DNA of 64,000 bases from Myxococcota bacterium (GTDB taxonomy: Bacteria > Myxococcota_A > Polyangia > Nannocystales > Nannocystaceae). Location of the stretch: NCBI GenBank assembly GCA_039028615.1, contig JBCCHT010000007.1:1-64000 (forward strand). The letters run 5' to 3'. The notes beneath the pieces are model-generated. The model did no database searches and was not told the DNA's origin. It worked only from the letters and a program-made list of their open reading frames with translations. Positions 38,236-47,613 of this stretch are shown here, piece after piece. The first letter of the stretch is position 1. Each line of letters starts with the position of its first letter. The position numbers and the translations under genes were made by a program.

Positions 38236-38313
38236 GTCCACCCGTCGCGCGAGCTTGTGCCGAGCTTGCCGTTGCCAGGGTGCGTGCCGGCTGCGCTACC
38301 ATGGGCCCGCGCC

Positions 38314-38928
38314 ATGTCTCGCCTCTCGTCGATCGGAACCCTGCTCGTGCTCACCGCGTTGGCGGTGGCTTGCCCTCGCCCCGCCGAACAGCCCCAGGAG
38401 CAGCCGCCCGGCGGCGACGGAGCCAGCGTCCCGGGGGGAGCCGTCGACCCGGGTGATCCCGCGGGCAGCCCGGGCGACGGCGGCGACGCGACCGCGTGCC
38501 TGAGCGACTCCGACTGCGACGGGGGCGTGTGCGAAGGTCAGGGCTGCGGCGACGACACGCCGGGCACCTGTGCGCCCGCCGAGCGCATGTGCACCCGCGA
38601 CGCGCAGACGTACTGCGGCTGCGACGGCAAGGAGTTCACCAGCTCGGGCAGCTGCCCCGGGCGGCGCTTCGCCAGCCGAGGCAAGTGCGAGGGCGAGCCC
38701 CCCACGGGCGGAGGCAAGGCCGACGGCGAGTCCTGTCTCGCGGCGAGCGAGTGTGCCGGGGGTGTCTGCGAGGGCGAAGGCTGCGGCGACGACACGCCGG
38801 GCACCTGCGCCTCGAACTCGCGCATGTGCACCCGCGACTACCGGGCCTACTGCGGCTGCGACGGCACTACCTTCCACGGCTCGGGCAGCTGCCCCGGCCA
38901 GCGCTACGCCAAGCGCGGCGAGTGCTGA
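38314..38928 (+). CDS. Cys-rich lipoprotein with duplicated Kazal-like domain
   Basis: Lipobox AVAC; two copies of C.GGVCEG.GCGDDTPGTCA...MCTRD...YCGCDG..F..SGSCPG.R.A.RG.C. Confidence 0.8.
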   Translation: MSRLSSIGTLLVLTALAVACPRPAEQPQEQPPGGDGASVPGGAVDPGDPAGSPGDGGDATACLSDSDCDGGVCEGQGCGDDTPGTCAPAERMCTRDAQTYCGCDGKEFTSSGSCPGRRFASRGKCEGEPPTGGGKADGESCLAASECAGGVCEGEGCGDDTPGTCASNSRMCTRDYRAYCGCDGTTFHGSGSCPGQRYAKRGEC

Positions 38929-39076
38929 GGCGCGGCCAGGCGTCGTAGTCGAGCATCGAACGTAGTCCAGGGTTCACACTCTCGACTCGTGGTCGTCCTT
39001 CGAAGGGGACCGACCTGAGCGCCGTAGCGTCGCGCGCCTCGGGTTCGGCACGCCCATCGTCCGAGGGACGACGCTC

Positions 39077-42000
39077 ATGCCGAATACCGTCACGCCCAAA
39101 GTCACGATTGCGTCCGGGAAGCTCTGGTTCGATCCAGCGGGCCAGCGGATCAAGCCGACCAAAGTCGAGTTCAGCGTCACGCAGAGCGCACACGATCCAG
39201 CCGATCCATACCCCGGGGGCGGCACCATCGTTCGAAGTGCCGGCAACATCTCGCTGTACCGCGACGCCGACCGCAAGGACGAGATCGTGTTCGCCGAAAA
39301 CCGGGCTCGAGTCACCCACGACGAACTCTTCGCCGGGAACGGAACCTCCAAGACCTTCACCGCGTACGTCTCGGCGACCGCGGAGAGCGGCGTTCAGAAG
39401 ACCAAGCTCTCACTCGAGCTCGATCCGCTCGACACCTCCGAACTCAAGAAGACGAACTTCACGACCCGCACCGTGGAGGACCGCTTCACCGTCGCGACCA
39501 ACGACCCGGGGTCCAGCGTAGAGCTCGAACTCGAGACGGCTGCGCTCATCGCCCCCGAGCTGAAGATCGGCAGCGCCGTGGACCCCGAGGTCCGCGCGCT
39601 GTCGGCCAAGCCCTACCTCCCCATCTCGTGCACGGCCGGGCCCAAGCCCGCGCTGCCGCTGAAGTACGAGGACGACGCCACATTGGAGCTGAGCCCCTCC
39701 GACGCCGACATCCTGGTGTTCGCCGACGAAAAGGGCAAGACGGCCGTGCCCGTCGTGGACGGGAAGATCACAGTCCCGAACGCCGAACTCATGGCGGCGA
39801 AGACCTACTGGCTCGCGGCCGGACCGAAGGCCAAGACTGCCGACGTCAATCTGACCCTGAGCCTGCCCGTGCAGAGCAATCCCAGCAGCCTCGTGGCGCT
39901 GGGTCCCGCGTGCAAGCGCATCCGAAGTGCGCAGCAAAACACGGTGAAGCCCGTGATCGGGGTGCAGTTCCCGGACGAACTGGAGGGTGCCCTGTGGTTT
40001 CCCGGGCCCAAGAGCGTCGCGCCGCCTACGGTGACCTTGCACATCGACCAGAGCAACCAGGAGCACGCCCCCTATCTCGGGCACGGCTTGCTCACGCGAA
40101 GCTCGAGCGCGCTGACCGTGTATTGGGACGCAAGGCTCGAGGCCCCGATCGAGTTCTATGACGACAAACTCGTGCTCGAAAATGCCGTGCTCACGGGGAA
40201 GGACCCGCTCACCCTATACCTCGTGGGCTCGAAGGCGGACGACGTCACACTGTCCTTGAGCCTCTACGACCCCAAGCTCTCCACCATCGCAATCGCCGAA
40301 ACGAGCGTCAGCGCCTCGGTGCCGATCCAGGCCGTCAACATCGTGACTCCTCATATCGAGTACGAGGGTCCGATCGTCCGCAGCCAGCTCACCCCCGTAC
40401 GGATCTTCGTCACGCAGACCGACGAGGCGAAGGCCCCGTACCGAGGCAAGGCGACCTTGGTCCGCGACAATCAGGACCTCCAGTTCTTCGCGGGGAAGTC
40501 GGACGGCAAGGGGACCAACCCGCTGTTTTCCGGGTCCGAGGCCACGGCGGTGGTCCCCGACATCACGGGCACCACGACCTACTACGCGCAGTGGAACGGG
40601 GAACAAACTCCCGCAAAGCGAGTACGCCCCTCCCTCGAGCTTCAGGCCGCGTCCTCGGCCGTGATCATCACCGATCCGAGCACGCAGCTCGCTCCACCGC
40701 CGCCACGGCCGACCTTCTCGCCGCCGATCATCGAGCACTCCAACATCATCAAGCCCGTCATCGACACGGACTACGACGTGCTCCCGCTGTGGTCCATCGC
40801 CCAAATAGGCGCCGAGAAGGCGGCCCCCATCAAGGCCCGCATCCACGTCGAGCAGACCGCCGAGGCGGTACGCTACGAGCAAGACGGCATCCTCACCCGC
40901 ACGAGCGCCAACCTGCAGGTCTTCCTCGATGCCGAGTGCACCTGCGAGCTGAGCTTCAACGCCTCCAACGAGGCGCGAGTGCCCAACGCGTGGCTGGTCG
41001 ACACCAAGAAGGTCTACTACCTGCGCGGCGTGACGGCGGGGGCCTGCTCGCTGACGCTGCAGCCCCTGCCACCCAAGGCCGAGTTTCCCGCGCCCCCGGC
41101 CATTTCCGTCCAGCCCGCCGAGCTCAAAAAAGACCTCGCGGTGACCAAGCTGACCCTGCAGGTATGGCGAGACGACGGCACGCAGGCATCGGCGAAGATG
41201 TCCACGCGCGAGCAGCGATTGCGCGGACGCTTCGTGACCGTGAAGGACCCGAGCAAGCCGCTGGGGCGCGCGAAGGTGGTCATCGAGAAGGTCGATGTCA
41301 GCGCATGGCCGGCATCGGCCAAGGACCACCAGGTCATGCTGTCGGTCGAGCCGGCCATCTCGGGGAAGAACATCATCGAGCTCTACGACCAGTCCACCGG
41401 AGGCAAGGTCTGCGCCCAAGCGGGGACCTCTCTGCTGCTTTCCAAGGCAGAGGCCTCGTCCGAAGACAAGGTCGTGTGGGCCCAAGGCAAGGAGGCCAGC
41501 GGCACCATTCGTGACGTGCGGCTGTCCTTGGGGCTGTTTCGCACCGATGCCGACCCGCTGACGGTACCTCCGCTCGAAAATGCGGACTGGGCCACCATGA
41601 CCTCCGTCGCGATCGAGAAGGTCACGCCCCAATCGGCCGGCTGGGAACAGTACGTCAACCAACCCCCCGATCGCGCCAAGACCTTCAACGACGAGTCGGT
41701 CCCCGAGTTCCACAACGGCCGCCAGATCCTGGTGACGGCCACCACCAAGCCCGCCCGAGCCGGCATTCCGGTCGACCTCGTGCTGTGGGGCTTCGATGGC
41801 AACGGCGCTGCGGCCTCTACGGATCCACGCACGCCGCTGGTCGGCAACGACCTCAAGGCTCAGACCACGCACGTCGCGGCATCGACCGACGTCAACGGCC
41901 GAGCGAGCGCCCGACTGAAGCTGTCCCGCTACGGCGGCGACCAGTTCTATGCGGTGGCATTCCTCTCCGACGACGCCAAGGAGGGCATGAGCAAGTACGG

Positions 42001-43111
42001 AGCCAAGGGCAACGACGCGCCCGCCAACACCAAGACGACCGCGCTGACGGTGTGGCAAAAGCTCGAGTACACACTCACCGCGATGAAGCAGAGCAACGGG
42101 ACGGACGACTACGGCGACTACGCCAACGAACCCAACTTCATTGCGCAATACCAGGCGGCGAAGATCAAAATCAGCAAGAAGGGCGGCAAGCACGTGGTCG
42201 CCCACAAGAACATCCTGGACATCAACGATGCGGTGGGCTCCTGGTGGAACACCAACGGCCAGGCCTCCGTCGACCGGGTCTTCAACTTGTTGTTCTGCGA
42301 CAACATCACCACCGGGGTCGCCCCGGTCGAAAAGACGATCGAGAACCCGGCGTTCCCCAATGCCACCAGCGAGCTCGACGGCATCTACGACCTGAGCGAC
42401 TGGCGGGGGGCTGGGCCAGCGAGAGTCCAGAAGAAAGACGGAACATTCCTGTCGAACATCGACAACACGAAGGTCAAACTCGCCTACTCAGGCCCCTGCA
42501 AATACGAGCTCAGCGTCGATCTCACCGGAGCGGCCAACGTCTCTGGGGTCCCCACCGACCAGCTCATCATCTACGTTCCGATCAAGGAGTACTCGGCGAT
42601 CTCGGGCTGCGCCTCGGCCACCGCCCCGGTCACCTGCATCGGCGTCCGGCTGCGTCAGCAGGCCGAGGCCCCCGGAAACTCGACCTCCGACTCCGCCAAC
42701 AACACCATGTGGCACGAAGTCGGGCACTACATGGGCCTGACCGCGATGAAGGTTCCGGTCCCGAATGCGAGCCTCACGGGCGGCAAGGAGCTCAACGTCT
42801 ACTGGTACCAGGGGATCTCGGGTTCCGGTACCAACTACAATGAAATGAGCCAGAGCGTCGCCAGCACCATGGGTACGTTCTTCTTCGGGGCCGCGATCGG
42901 CGTCGGAGACCACTGCCGAAACGACAGTACGGGCTGGAACTACGGCCCGTGGTGGATCAACAACCCGCTCGTTCAGCCCCACACGCCCAAGTGCATCATG
43001 TTTCACGCGCTGACGAATCCCCCGATCTTGAACTACTGCTCGACCTGCATCGACGCCCTCAAGGCCCGGGATCTCTCGCTGTCGAACGTTGCGGGGTCCG
43101 CTGACTTCTAG
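39077..43111 (+). CDS. Large repeat-module protein with C-terminal HExxH zinc-metallopeptidase-like domain, no signal peptide
   Basis: 1344-aa ORF; N[TI][VI][TK]P module starts at aa 3, 288, 421, 556; HEVGHYMGL at aa 1213; terminal HC...CIMF...CSTC. Confidence 0.8.
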   Translation: MPNTVTPKVTIASGKLWFDPAGQRIKPTKVEFSVTQSAHDPADPYPGGGTIVRSAGNISLYRDADRKDEIVFAENRARVTHDELFAGNGTSKTFTAYVSATAESGVQKTKLSLELDPLDTSELKKTNFTTRTVEDRFTVATNDPGSSVELELETAALIAPELKIGSAVDPEVRALSAKPYLPISCTAGPKPALPLKYEDDATLELSPSDADILVFADEKGKTAVPVVDGKITVPNAELMAAKTYWLAAGPKAKTADVNLTLSLPVQSNPSSLVALGPACKRIRSAQQNTVKPVIGVQFPDELEGALWFPGPKSVAPPTVTLHIDQSNQEHAPYLGHGLLTRSSSALTVYWDARLEAPIEFYDDKLVLENAVLTGKDPLTLYLVGSKADDVTLSLSLYDPKLSTIAIAETSVSASVPIQAVNIVTPHIEYEGPIVRSQLTPVRIFVTQTDEAKAPYRGKATLVRDNQDLQFFAGKSDGKGTNPLFSGSEATAVVPDITGTTTYYAQWNGEQTPAKRVRPSLELQAASSAVIITDPSTQLAPPPPRPTFSPPIIEHSNIIKPVIDTDYDVLPLWSIAQIGAEKAAPIKARIHVEQTAEAVRYEQDGILTRTSANLQVFLDAECTCELSFNASNEARVPNAWLVDTKKVYYLRGVTAGACSLTLQPLPPKAEFPAPPAISVQPAELKKDLAVTKLTLQVWRDDGTQASAKMSTREQRLRGRFVTVKDPSKPLGRAKVVIEKVDVSAWPASAKDHQVMLSVEPAISGKNIIELYDQSTGGKVCAQAGTSLLLSKAEASSEDKVVWAQGKEASGTIRDVRLSLGLFRTDADPLTVPPLENADWATMTSVAIEKVTPQSAGWEQYVNQPPDRAKTFNDESVPEFHNGRQILVTATTKPARAGIPVDLVLWGFDGNGAAASTDPRTPLVGNDLKAQTTHVAASTDVNGRASARLKLSRYGGDQFYAVAFLSDDAKEGMSKYGAKGNDAPANTKTTALTVWQKLEYTLTAMKQSNGTDDYGDYANEPNFIAQYQAAKIKISKKGGKHVVAHKNILDINDAVGSWWNTNGQASVDRVFNLLFCDNITTGVAPVEKTIENPAFPNATSELDGIYDLSDWRGAGPARVQKKDGTFLSNIDNTKVKLAYSGPCKYELSVDLTGAANVSGVPTDQLIIYVPIKEYSAISGCASATAPVTCIGVRLRQQAEAPGNSTSDSANNTMWHEVGHYMGLTAMKVPVPNASLTGGKELNVYWYQGISGSGTNYNEMSQSVASTMGTFFFGAAIGVGDHCRNDSTGWNYGPWWINNPLVQPHTPKCIMFHALTNPPILNYCSTCIDALKARDLSLSNVAGSADF

Positions 43112-43121
43112 GAGCTTCTCC

Positions 43122-44039
43122 ATGCCCTCGGACACGCCCATCGACATCCCTTCGGTCGTCTGGTTCTCGCAGACCCCGTCGTCCCCCACGCTCTCGACGA
43201 CGGCCTTCGCCGATCTGAAGCTCGCCTCCGCCCCGGCCCAAAGCCCCACCGGCCCCACCGTCGCGCTGCTGGGTAGCTACCGGCTCGGGTGGCCCTACGT
43301 CGAGCTCTACCCCAACCAGCTGCCCAAGCCGATCCTCATCGTCGCGGTCTCCACGACCACGGGAGAGGTGTTCTCCAACGACCTGGACGCCTACGATCCT
43401 CGCATTCAGCCTACCGCCATCGGCCCCGCCATCGCCGACACCAAAGCCAACGCGGCCGGCCCCGCGCGCAATATCCCGGGCACGGCCGGCTACTTCAACG
43501 TGGATCTCGGCGCCCGCCTGAGCCTCCCGCCCGAGGCCGGGTACTACCAGGTCTTCGCCTGGCTCGACGACCTCGTGACCCCCATCCTCACCGTTCAGGT
43601 CCCCGCCAATGAAAACCGGCGTGCGGTCGATCCATCGTTCAACCAGGTCAAATCGGAGGGGCTGGTCACCATCGAGGATTCCAGCCATTCCCCCAACCCC
43701 AAAGACGGCGAGATCCGTACCGATCTCGAGTTCACGAAGGGTTCATCGTACCGGGTCTACGCCACGCTGCCTCCGGGCGCGCTCCAGACTCCCCCCGTGG
43801 GCTCGGCCCCCGGGAGCCCGATCTTGAGCGTCATGACCTTCAACCGCCAGATGCGACAGTTCGCCTGGTGGAGTTCGAGCACCGCGTACTCGACCATGGT
43901 CTCGAAGTCGACGGACACCTTCGACTTCGACCCCTTTGGCCTGCAGCCGCGACCCAACCCGGCCGCCAACGTCTACGTGGTCACCGCCCTGGGCAACCTG
44001 CGCAACGACGTGCTGCCGATCTTCGTCGAGTACCAATGA
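43122..44039 (+). CDS. Hypothetical protein, partner of the upstream large protein
   Basis: ATG 10 nt after the upstream stop, with AGGAG SD; no signal peptide or TM. Confidence 0.75.
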   Translation: MPSDTPIDIPSVVWFSQTPSSPTLSTTAFADLKLASAPAQSPTGPTVALLGSYRLGWPYVELYPNQLPKPILIVAVSTTTGEVFSNDLDAYDPRIQPTAIGPAIADTKANAAGPARNIPGTAGYFNVDLGARLSLPPEAGYYQVFAWLDDLVTPILTVQVPANENRRAVDPSFNQVKSEGLVTIEDSSHSPNPKDGEIRTDLEFTKGSSYRVYATLPPGALQTPPVGSAPGSPILSVMTFNRQMRQFAWWSSSTAYSTMVSKSTDTFDFDPFGLQPRPNPAANVYVVTALGNLRNDVLPIFVEYQ

Positions 44040-44089
44040 CACGCTGCCCGCGGGCGAGGACGACCCCTCCCTCGGGTTCGGCCACGGCA

Positions 44090-44668
44090 TCAGTGCGGGG
44101 CCCAGTCGAACAAGCCGCTCCAGTCGGGCGGTGACGGGACCGGCTCGCCGTTGGGGCCCACCACGACGAGCTTGCCTGCGCTCGTGTCCCAGACGAGCTC
44201 GGCTTCGTGCTTGCACGTGACGCCGGGGGCTCTCGGGACGCGATGGGCCCAGAAGCTACCGGACGGGGCCACCCACAGGGTTCGCTCGCAGAACAGGCCC
44301 CCCTCGTAGAGGTACGCGGTGCCGCGACCTCCGGGCAGGCGGAGCGAGTCGGCGTAGGTGGAGCCGAAGAGGAACTCGGGATCCGAGGTCACGACCCCCG
44401 CGACCCCACCGAGCACGAGCACGACATGGGCCAAGCCCACGACGACCTTGACCCACCGACGGTGGTCCCCGCGAACGAAGGCCCATCCCGAGCCGACGGC
44501 CAAGACGGCAAAGACCGCGAGCAACAGCCAGGGCAGCGCCGCAAAGCTCGGCGTGGGCCGGATATTGGGCCCCTGGAGGCCAAAGCTCAGATGGACCCCC
44601 ACCCCCACCAAAACCGCCGCCACTCCAAAGAGCAACCGTCGCCATGGTCGGAGCTTGCCCACTGACAA
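44090..44668 (-). CDS. Hypothetical membrane protein
   Basis: Three TM helices then a small Cys-containing soluble domain; start uncertain. Confidence 0.6.
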   Translation of the reverse strand: MSVGKLRPWRRLLFGVAAVLVGVGVHLSFGLQGPNIRPTPSFAALPWLLLAVFAVLAVGSGWAFVRGDHRRWVKVVVGLAHVVLVLGGVAGVVTSDPEFLFGSTYADSLRLPGGRGTAYLYEGGLFCERTLWVAPSGSFWAHRVPRAPGVTCKHEAELVWDTSAGKLVVVGPNGEPVPSPPDWSGLFDWAPH

Positions 44669-44716
44669 TCAGCGTAGCACGTCGAATGCGCGCTCGATCG
44701 TTGTTAGCCTCCGTCC

Positions 44717-46810
44717 ATGACCGCGACGGCCCCCTCCGCCGCCGATCCAGCGCCGCCGTGGAGTCGCGCCGCGTGGATCTGGCTGGTGGTCGTCACGGTG
44801 GTGGCCGCCGCGCTGATCATCCCGGGGCTCGGCGACGGCACCATGCGCCCCTACGACGAGGGCTTGTACGGCAAGCTCGCCCGCAACGCCCTCGAGTACG
44901 ACGTGCTGCTGCACGCCGTCGACACCGAGGGTCAGCTCTACGACGGCTTCACCAAGCCTCCGCTCACCATCGCGCTGGTGGTCGGCTCGTTTCAGACCTT
45001 CGGCGTCTCGCTCTTCGCCCTGCGGCTGCCCTTTGCGATCGCCATGCTCGGCCTGGTCATGGTCGCGTTCGCGTGGGGGCGACGGATCGCGGGCATCCCG
45101 ATGGCGGTGACGTGGGCGGGCACGCTACTGCTGGTCTCCGCCACCACTCGCTGGGGCCGCGTGGCGTGCATCGAGCCGATGCTGATGTTGTGGATCACGA
45201 TGGGCCTGTGGGCCTACCACGAAGCCCTGCTCGCCCCCGGACGCAAGGCCCTGCGCTGGGCGATCGTGGCCGGGCTCGCGCTGGCGATGGCCGTCGCCAC
45301 CAAGCAGCTCGTCGTCGCCATCGCCATCGCGCCGATCCTCGGGCTCGAGCTGTGGCGTCGCGACGGTCGCTCGGCTCTGCGGCGCCTCGCCGTCGTGCTC
45401 GGCCTCCCGCTGCTGGCGGGCGGCACCTGGGTGGCTCTGATGCTCGCCCGTCACGGTGCATCCACCTTCGAGATCTACCTGCGTACGGGCGTGCTGCGCC
45501 GGGTCAGCGGGTTTTCGTCGGGCCACAGCGCCCGCTCCCTCAACGAGCTGACCGGGGTCGTCGCCGAAGCCTGCGCGCCCTTTCCCTGGGTGCTGGGCCT
45601 GGCCGGCCTGGTGGTGCTGTTGCTGGCCCGACGTCCACGGCCGCGGCACGCCGACGGCGCTCTGCTGCTCCCGCTGTTGCTGGTGGTCGCGATCGTCGTC
45701 TACGACAACGCATCGCAGTCGCTGCTGCCCTGGTACGCCTTCGATCTCGTGGTGCCGCTGACCGGGGGCATCGCGTTCATGGTGGCGGGTCTGGTGGTGC
45801 CGACCCAGGGTGACGCGCTCGCCATCATTCGAAGTGCCGGGGGAGCGCTGGTCCTCGCCGCGGGGGCCGTGACCGCGCTGGCCTCCACCGCACCGCAGCT
45901 CGACCTGGCCCTGCTCGCCGCCGCGGCCACCGTCGCGCTGCTGCTGGTCGACGCCGAGCGCCACCCTCGGCTGCGCCGAAACCTCCGCCATGGCCTGCTC
46001 GCCGCCGCCGCCCTCGCCCTGTTTGCGGGCGACCTTCGCCGCCCCGAGCGTCGCCCCGCCACCGGGGGCCACGAACAGCTCATGGAGGAGTTCGCCCGGC
46101 GCGGCATCGGGTTGGTGCAGGCCAATCTCAACACCAAGGCCGCGGGCGAGCACTCGTGGGGCACCTACTACGGTCCGCGGGCGCAGCTGGTGAAGCGACC
46201 GCCCTGGGGTCGCAACCAACCGCCTGCCGATGCCTACGTCACCGCCACCATCTGGCCGCGGGAGTACGAGGCGCCGCCGGACGTCGAGCTGATCCGCGTG
46301 CCGGGGCTGATGGCCTTGGTCGGCAACCTCGATGAACCGCCCTGGCGCTACTCCACGCTGGTCGACCTGCTGAAGGAAGGCCCCGTCACCTTCGAGGCCG
46401 AGGACCTGCCCAGCTCGCGCGACGACGTGCTCGTGCACGATCCCCAGGCCTCGGGCGAGGCCGCCAAGGCGCTCGTCCCCTACGCCAGCATTCGAGACAA
46501 GGCCTTCTTGCTCAGCCACGGCCCGGGCCTACGATTCTTGCGGGGCGACTACCAAGCCGAGTTCTGGCTCCAGTGGCACTGCCCGGGCACCAACGACCGA
46601 CCGGCGGCCATCCTCCACATCAACGCCGGCCGCGAGAAGATCAGCAAGGTCGAGGTGCCGTGCCGCAAGCAGGCCCCCACCGACTACGAGCCAGTGACCA
46701 TCGACTTCGAGCTACCCCGCGCGGGCAAGCTTGAGCTGCGCGTGCAGTACGTGTTCGGCGAGGTCTGGCACGACCGCACCTTGGTCCGCCAGCTCCAGGG
46801 CGATGGCTAG
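44717..46810 (+). CDS. GT-C fold glycosyltransferase (ArnT/PMT family)
   Basis: YDEGLY, TKPPL, ALRLP, ATKQ; many TM helices; soluble beta-sandwich C-terminus. Confidence 0.85.
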   Translation: MTATAPSAADPAPPWSRAAWIWLVVVTVVAAALIIPGLGDGTMRPYDEGLYGKLARNALEYDVLLHAVDTEGQLYDGFTKPPLTIALVVGSFQTFGVSLFALRLPFAIAMLGLVMVAFAWGRRIAGIPMAVTWAGTLLLVSATTRWGRVACIEPMLMLWITMGLWAYHEALLAPGRKALRWAIVAGLALAMAVATKQLVVAIAIAPILGLELWRRDGRSALRRLAVVLGLPLLAGGTWVALMLARHGASTFEIYLRTGVLRRVSGFSSGHSARSLNELTGVVAEACAPFPWVLGLAGLVVLLLARRPRPRHADGALLLPLLLVVAIVVYDNASQSLLPWYAFDLVVPLTGGIAFMVAGLVVPTQGDALAIIRSAGGALVLAAGAVTALASTAPQLDLALLAAAATVALLLVDAERHPRLRRNLRHGLLAAAALALFAGDLRRPERRPATGGHEQLMEEFARRGIGLVQANLNTKAAGEHSWGTYYGPRAQLVKRPPWGRNQPPADAYVTATIWPREYEAPPDVELIRVPGLMALVGNLDEPPWRYSTLVDLLKEGPVTFEAEDLPSSRDDVLVHDPQASGEAAKALVPYASIRDKAFLLSHGPGLRFLRGDYQAEFWLQWHCPGTNDRPAAILHINAGREKISKVEVPCRKQAPTDYEPVTIDFELPRAGKLELRVQYVFGEVWHDRTLVRQLQGDG

Positions 46811-47613
46811 AAGCGGCGGCCGATGGTGACGCCGGTCCAGCGACGACCCACCTGCGGCGTCATCTGCCACGCCGTCTCGTCTTGCTTGTTCTTGCGCGCC
46901 ACCAGGAAGTAGCGCACGGCACCGCCCGCCGCCAACGCGACGCCGATGGACAGCGCCGCCGCCCCGCCGTTGCGTAGCGAGGTCGCCCGGTCGCGCTCGG
47001 CCAGGTACTCGGAGTGCGAGCCCAGGTCGCTGGCGCCCCGGGCCGATGACGATGCCACCGCGAGCAGCCCGATCCCCACGCCGATGCCCACGACCCCGGC
47101 TCCGCTGAGCGCTCCGCCCACCGGATCGAGATACCAAGCCTTGGCCTTGGGCTCGTCGTCCTCGACCTTGGGCGGCGGGACGACCTCTTCTTCGGGCTCG
47201 GGTTCCGGCTCGAGCTCGTCTTCGTCGTCGTCGACGATCACCTCGTCGTCATCGTCGTCGATGATCTCGACCTCTTCGGCCGCATCGATCTCTTCTTGGC
47301 ACCGGTCCATGTTCTCGGTGGCGGGGCCCACGAGTTGCTCGGGGGGCTCCGAGTCCAGGAACCGGCGATAGAGCTGTACGGCCGCCTCGCAGTTGCCCTG
47401 GCTACGCTCGGCCTGCGCCCACGGGTACAGGAGCATCGGCTTGGGCTCGATGAGATAGGCGGCCTCGACCGCCGCCGCGGCGGCAGCGAAGTCTTGGGCC
47501 TTGAACGCGTCCTGGGCCTCCTGGAACTTGGCCTGGGCCTCGGGGTTGGACAGCAGCTGGCCGGGGCCAGCCAAGGCGAACAACAAGGGAAGGAGCGAGA
47601 ACATGAAGCTCAA
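46807..47613 (-). CDS. Secreted/membrane TPR protein
   Basis: Signal peptide, TPR (LYPWAQAERSQGNCEAAVQLYRRFL), acidic linker, Gly-rich hydrophobic hairpin, C-terminal GRRF; start 47613 (TTG) or 47604. Confidence 0.8.
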   Translation of the reverse strand: MSFMFSLLPLLFALAGPGQLLSNPEAQAKFQEAQDAFKAQDFAAAAAAVEAAYLIEPKPMLLYPWAQAERSQGNCEAAVQLYRRFLDSEPPEQLVGPATENMDRCQEEIDAAEEVEIIDDDDDEVIVDDDEDELEPEPEPEEEVVPPPKVEDDEPKAKAWYLDPVGGALSGAGVVGIGVGIGLLAVASSSARGASDLGSHSEYLAERDRATSLRNGGAAALSIGVALAAGGAVRYFLVARKNKQDETAWQMTPQVGRRWTGVTIGRRF

